A stretch of DNA of 64,000 nucleotides from an uncultured Nitrospiraceae bacterium (lineage in GTDB: Bacteria > Nitrospirota > Thermodesulfovibrionia > Thermodesulfovibrionales > UBA6898), in NCBI GenBank assembly GCA_963811165.1, contig CAWEQH010000004.1, positions 32,001 to 96,000 on the forward strand. Reading direction: 5' to 3'. Below, one piece after another: positions 62,990 through 64,000 of this stretch; the stretch's first letter is position 1; every line of letters begins with the position of its first letter. The notes below the pieces were generated by a model. That model was not told the origin of the DNA, did not search any database, and saw only the letters and a program-made list of their open reading frames with translations. The position numbers and the translations under genes were made by a program.

Positions 62990-63105
62990 TTGAATACAGG
63001 TTACGATATTTTCACTCATTCTCGGTCGAATCGACCTCCGAGGCTATTATCCCGACATTTCGTCGGGATAATAGAAACCGTTCGAACATCATAACCTGTA
63101 TTCAA
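62990..63105. other. Structured intergenic element, copy 2
   Basis: 18-bp outer stem with one mismatch, two inner hairpins; junction sequences shared with 32449-32582. Confidence 0.72.
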
Positions 63106-63137
63106 AAAATGGAGACTGAAGTGAGGGAGATTAGAGG

Positions 63138-64000
63138 ATGACAAGGAAGGCTCTTAAGACAAAGAAGATAGGCGTTTTATTGGGAGGCAACTCTTCGGAG
63201 CGGGAGGTTTCCCTTAAGTCGGGTATGGCAGTTTACAAAGCGCTCAAGGCGAAAAAGTATAATGTGGTGGCGATAGATGCCGCCGGGGACCTCTGCAGGC
63301 TTCTAAAGAAAGAGGGCATCGATATCGCGTTTATTGTCTTACACGGCGGGACAGGTGAAAACGGTGCGGTGCAGGGCCTGCTCGAAGTGATGCGTATACC
63401 CTATACAGGTTCCGGGGTCCTTGCCTCCGCCCTTGCCATGGACAAGGAAGCATCGAAGAAGATATTCCTTTACCACGGTATCCCGGTACCGGCCTTCGGA
63501 ATAATCAGCAGTGCAGGGACCGGCAGGAAAGGCGTCAAGATCGATTTCCCTTTCCCCTGGGTGGTAAAGCCCGCTGCAGAAGGATCAAGCGTCGGCGTCG
63601 AAATAGTCAGGGATGAAACATCATTTTCAAAGGCCCTCAAAAAGGCATTATCGTATGGACAGAGGGTGGTAGTCGAACAGTATGTCCGGGGGAAAGAGGT
63701 CCAGATCGGAATCCTAAACGACAAGGTCTTAGGCGGGGTCGAGGTCAGGCCCTCGCTCGAATTTTACAACTATGAGGCCAAGTACACGGCGGGCCTTACC
63801 GAATATATTCTTCCGCCGCGCCTTTCGCAAAAAGCTTACGGGAAAGCCAAAGAAGCGGCGGTCTTTGCGCACAGGGCCCTCGGCTGTAGCGGCGCCACCA
63901 GGGTCGATCTGATCATCGACGATAAAGGAGAGCCGTTTGTTTTGGAGGTGAACACGATCCCCGGGATGACCGAAACGAGTCTGCTGCCGAAGATCGCCAA
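63138..64000 (+). CDS. ddl: D-alanine--D-alanine ligase, truncated by the window end
   Basis: [47 protein letters not shown]. Confidence 0.96.
   Translation, partial: MTRKALKTKKIGVLLGGNSSEREVSLKSGMAVYKALKAKKYNVVAIDAAGDLCRLLKKEGIDIAFIVLHGGTGENGAVQGLLEVMRIPYTGSGVLASALAMDKEASKKIFLYHGIPVPAFGIISSAGTGRKGVKIDFPFPWVVKPAAEGSSVGVEIVRDETSFSKALKKALSYGQRVVVEQYVRGKEVQIGILNDKVLGGVEVRPSLEFYNYEAKYTAGLTEYILPPRLSQKAYGKAKEAAVFAHRALGCSGATRVDLIIDDKGEPFVLEVNTIPGMTETSLLPKIA

Overview
Bacterial chromosome window, mostly about 50-55% G+C by eye. Gene content and protein style suggest an anaerobic Nitrospirota (Thermodesulfovibrionia-like) or deltaproteobacteria-like genome; this is inference. The backbone carries a PyrR-attenuated pyrR-pyrB-pyrC-carA-orf-carB operon, pgk, a PPi-type phosphofructokinase, ampG, two two-component systems, tRNA-Pro(TGG) and most of the dcw cluster (mraZ to ddl, truncated at the window end). 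Accessory parts are an Ldt/Lpp-like/DpaA-like envelope cassette, an intact IS3 and an intact IS4 (each with its own TSD) flanking an AT-rich P-loop NTPase, and a 3.3-kb decayed islet integrated at tRNA-Pro. Main observations not explained by the ORF track: (1) a hidden 64-codon dual-CxxC gene with an in-frame UGA followed by a SECIS-like hairpin, probably a selenoprotein; (2) two copies of a multi-stem element whose junctions are conserved while the stems are different in sequence yet still paired; (3) a sigma54-type promoter and palindromic enhancer sites ahead of tandem four-Cys microproteins; (4) an ATC start codon for a YacP/Rae1-like nuclease; (5) REP-like palindromes and 7/8-mer repeats inserted in frame in housekeeping genes. 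Five apparent +1 frameshifts (including mraY and murG) are most likely sequencing errors.
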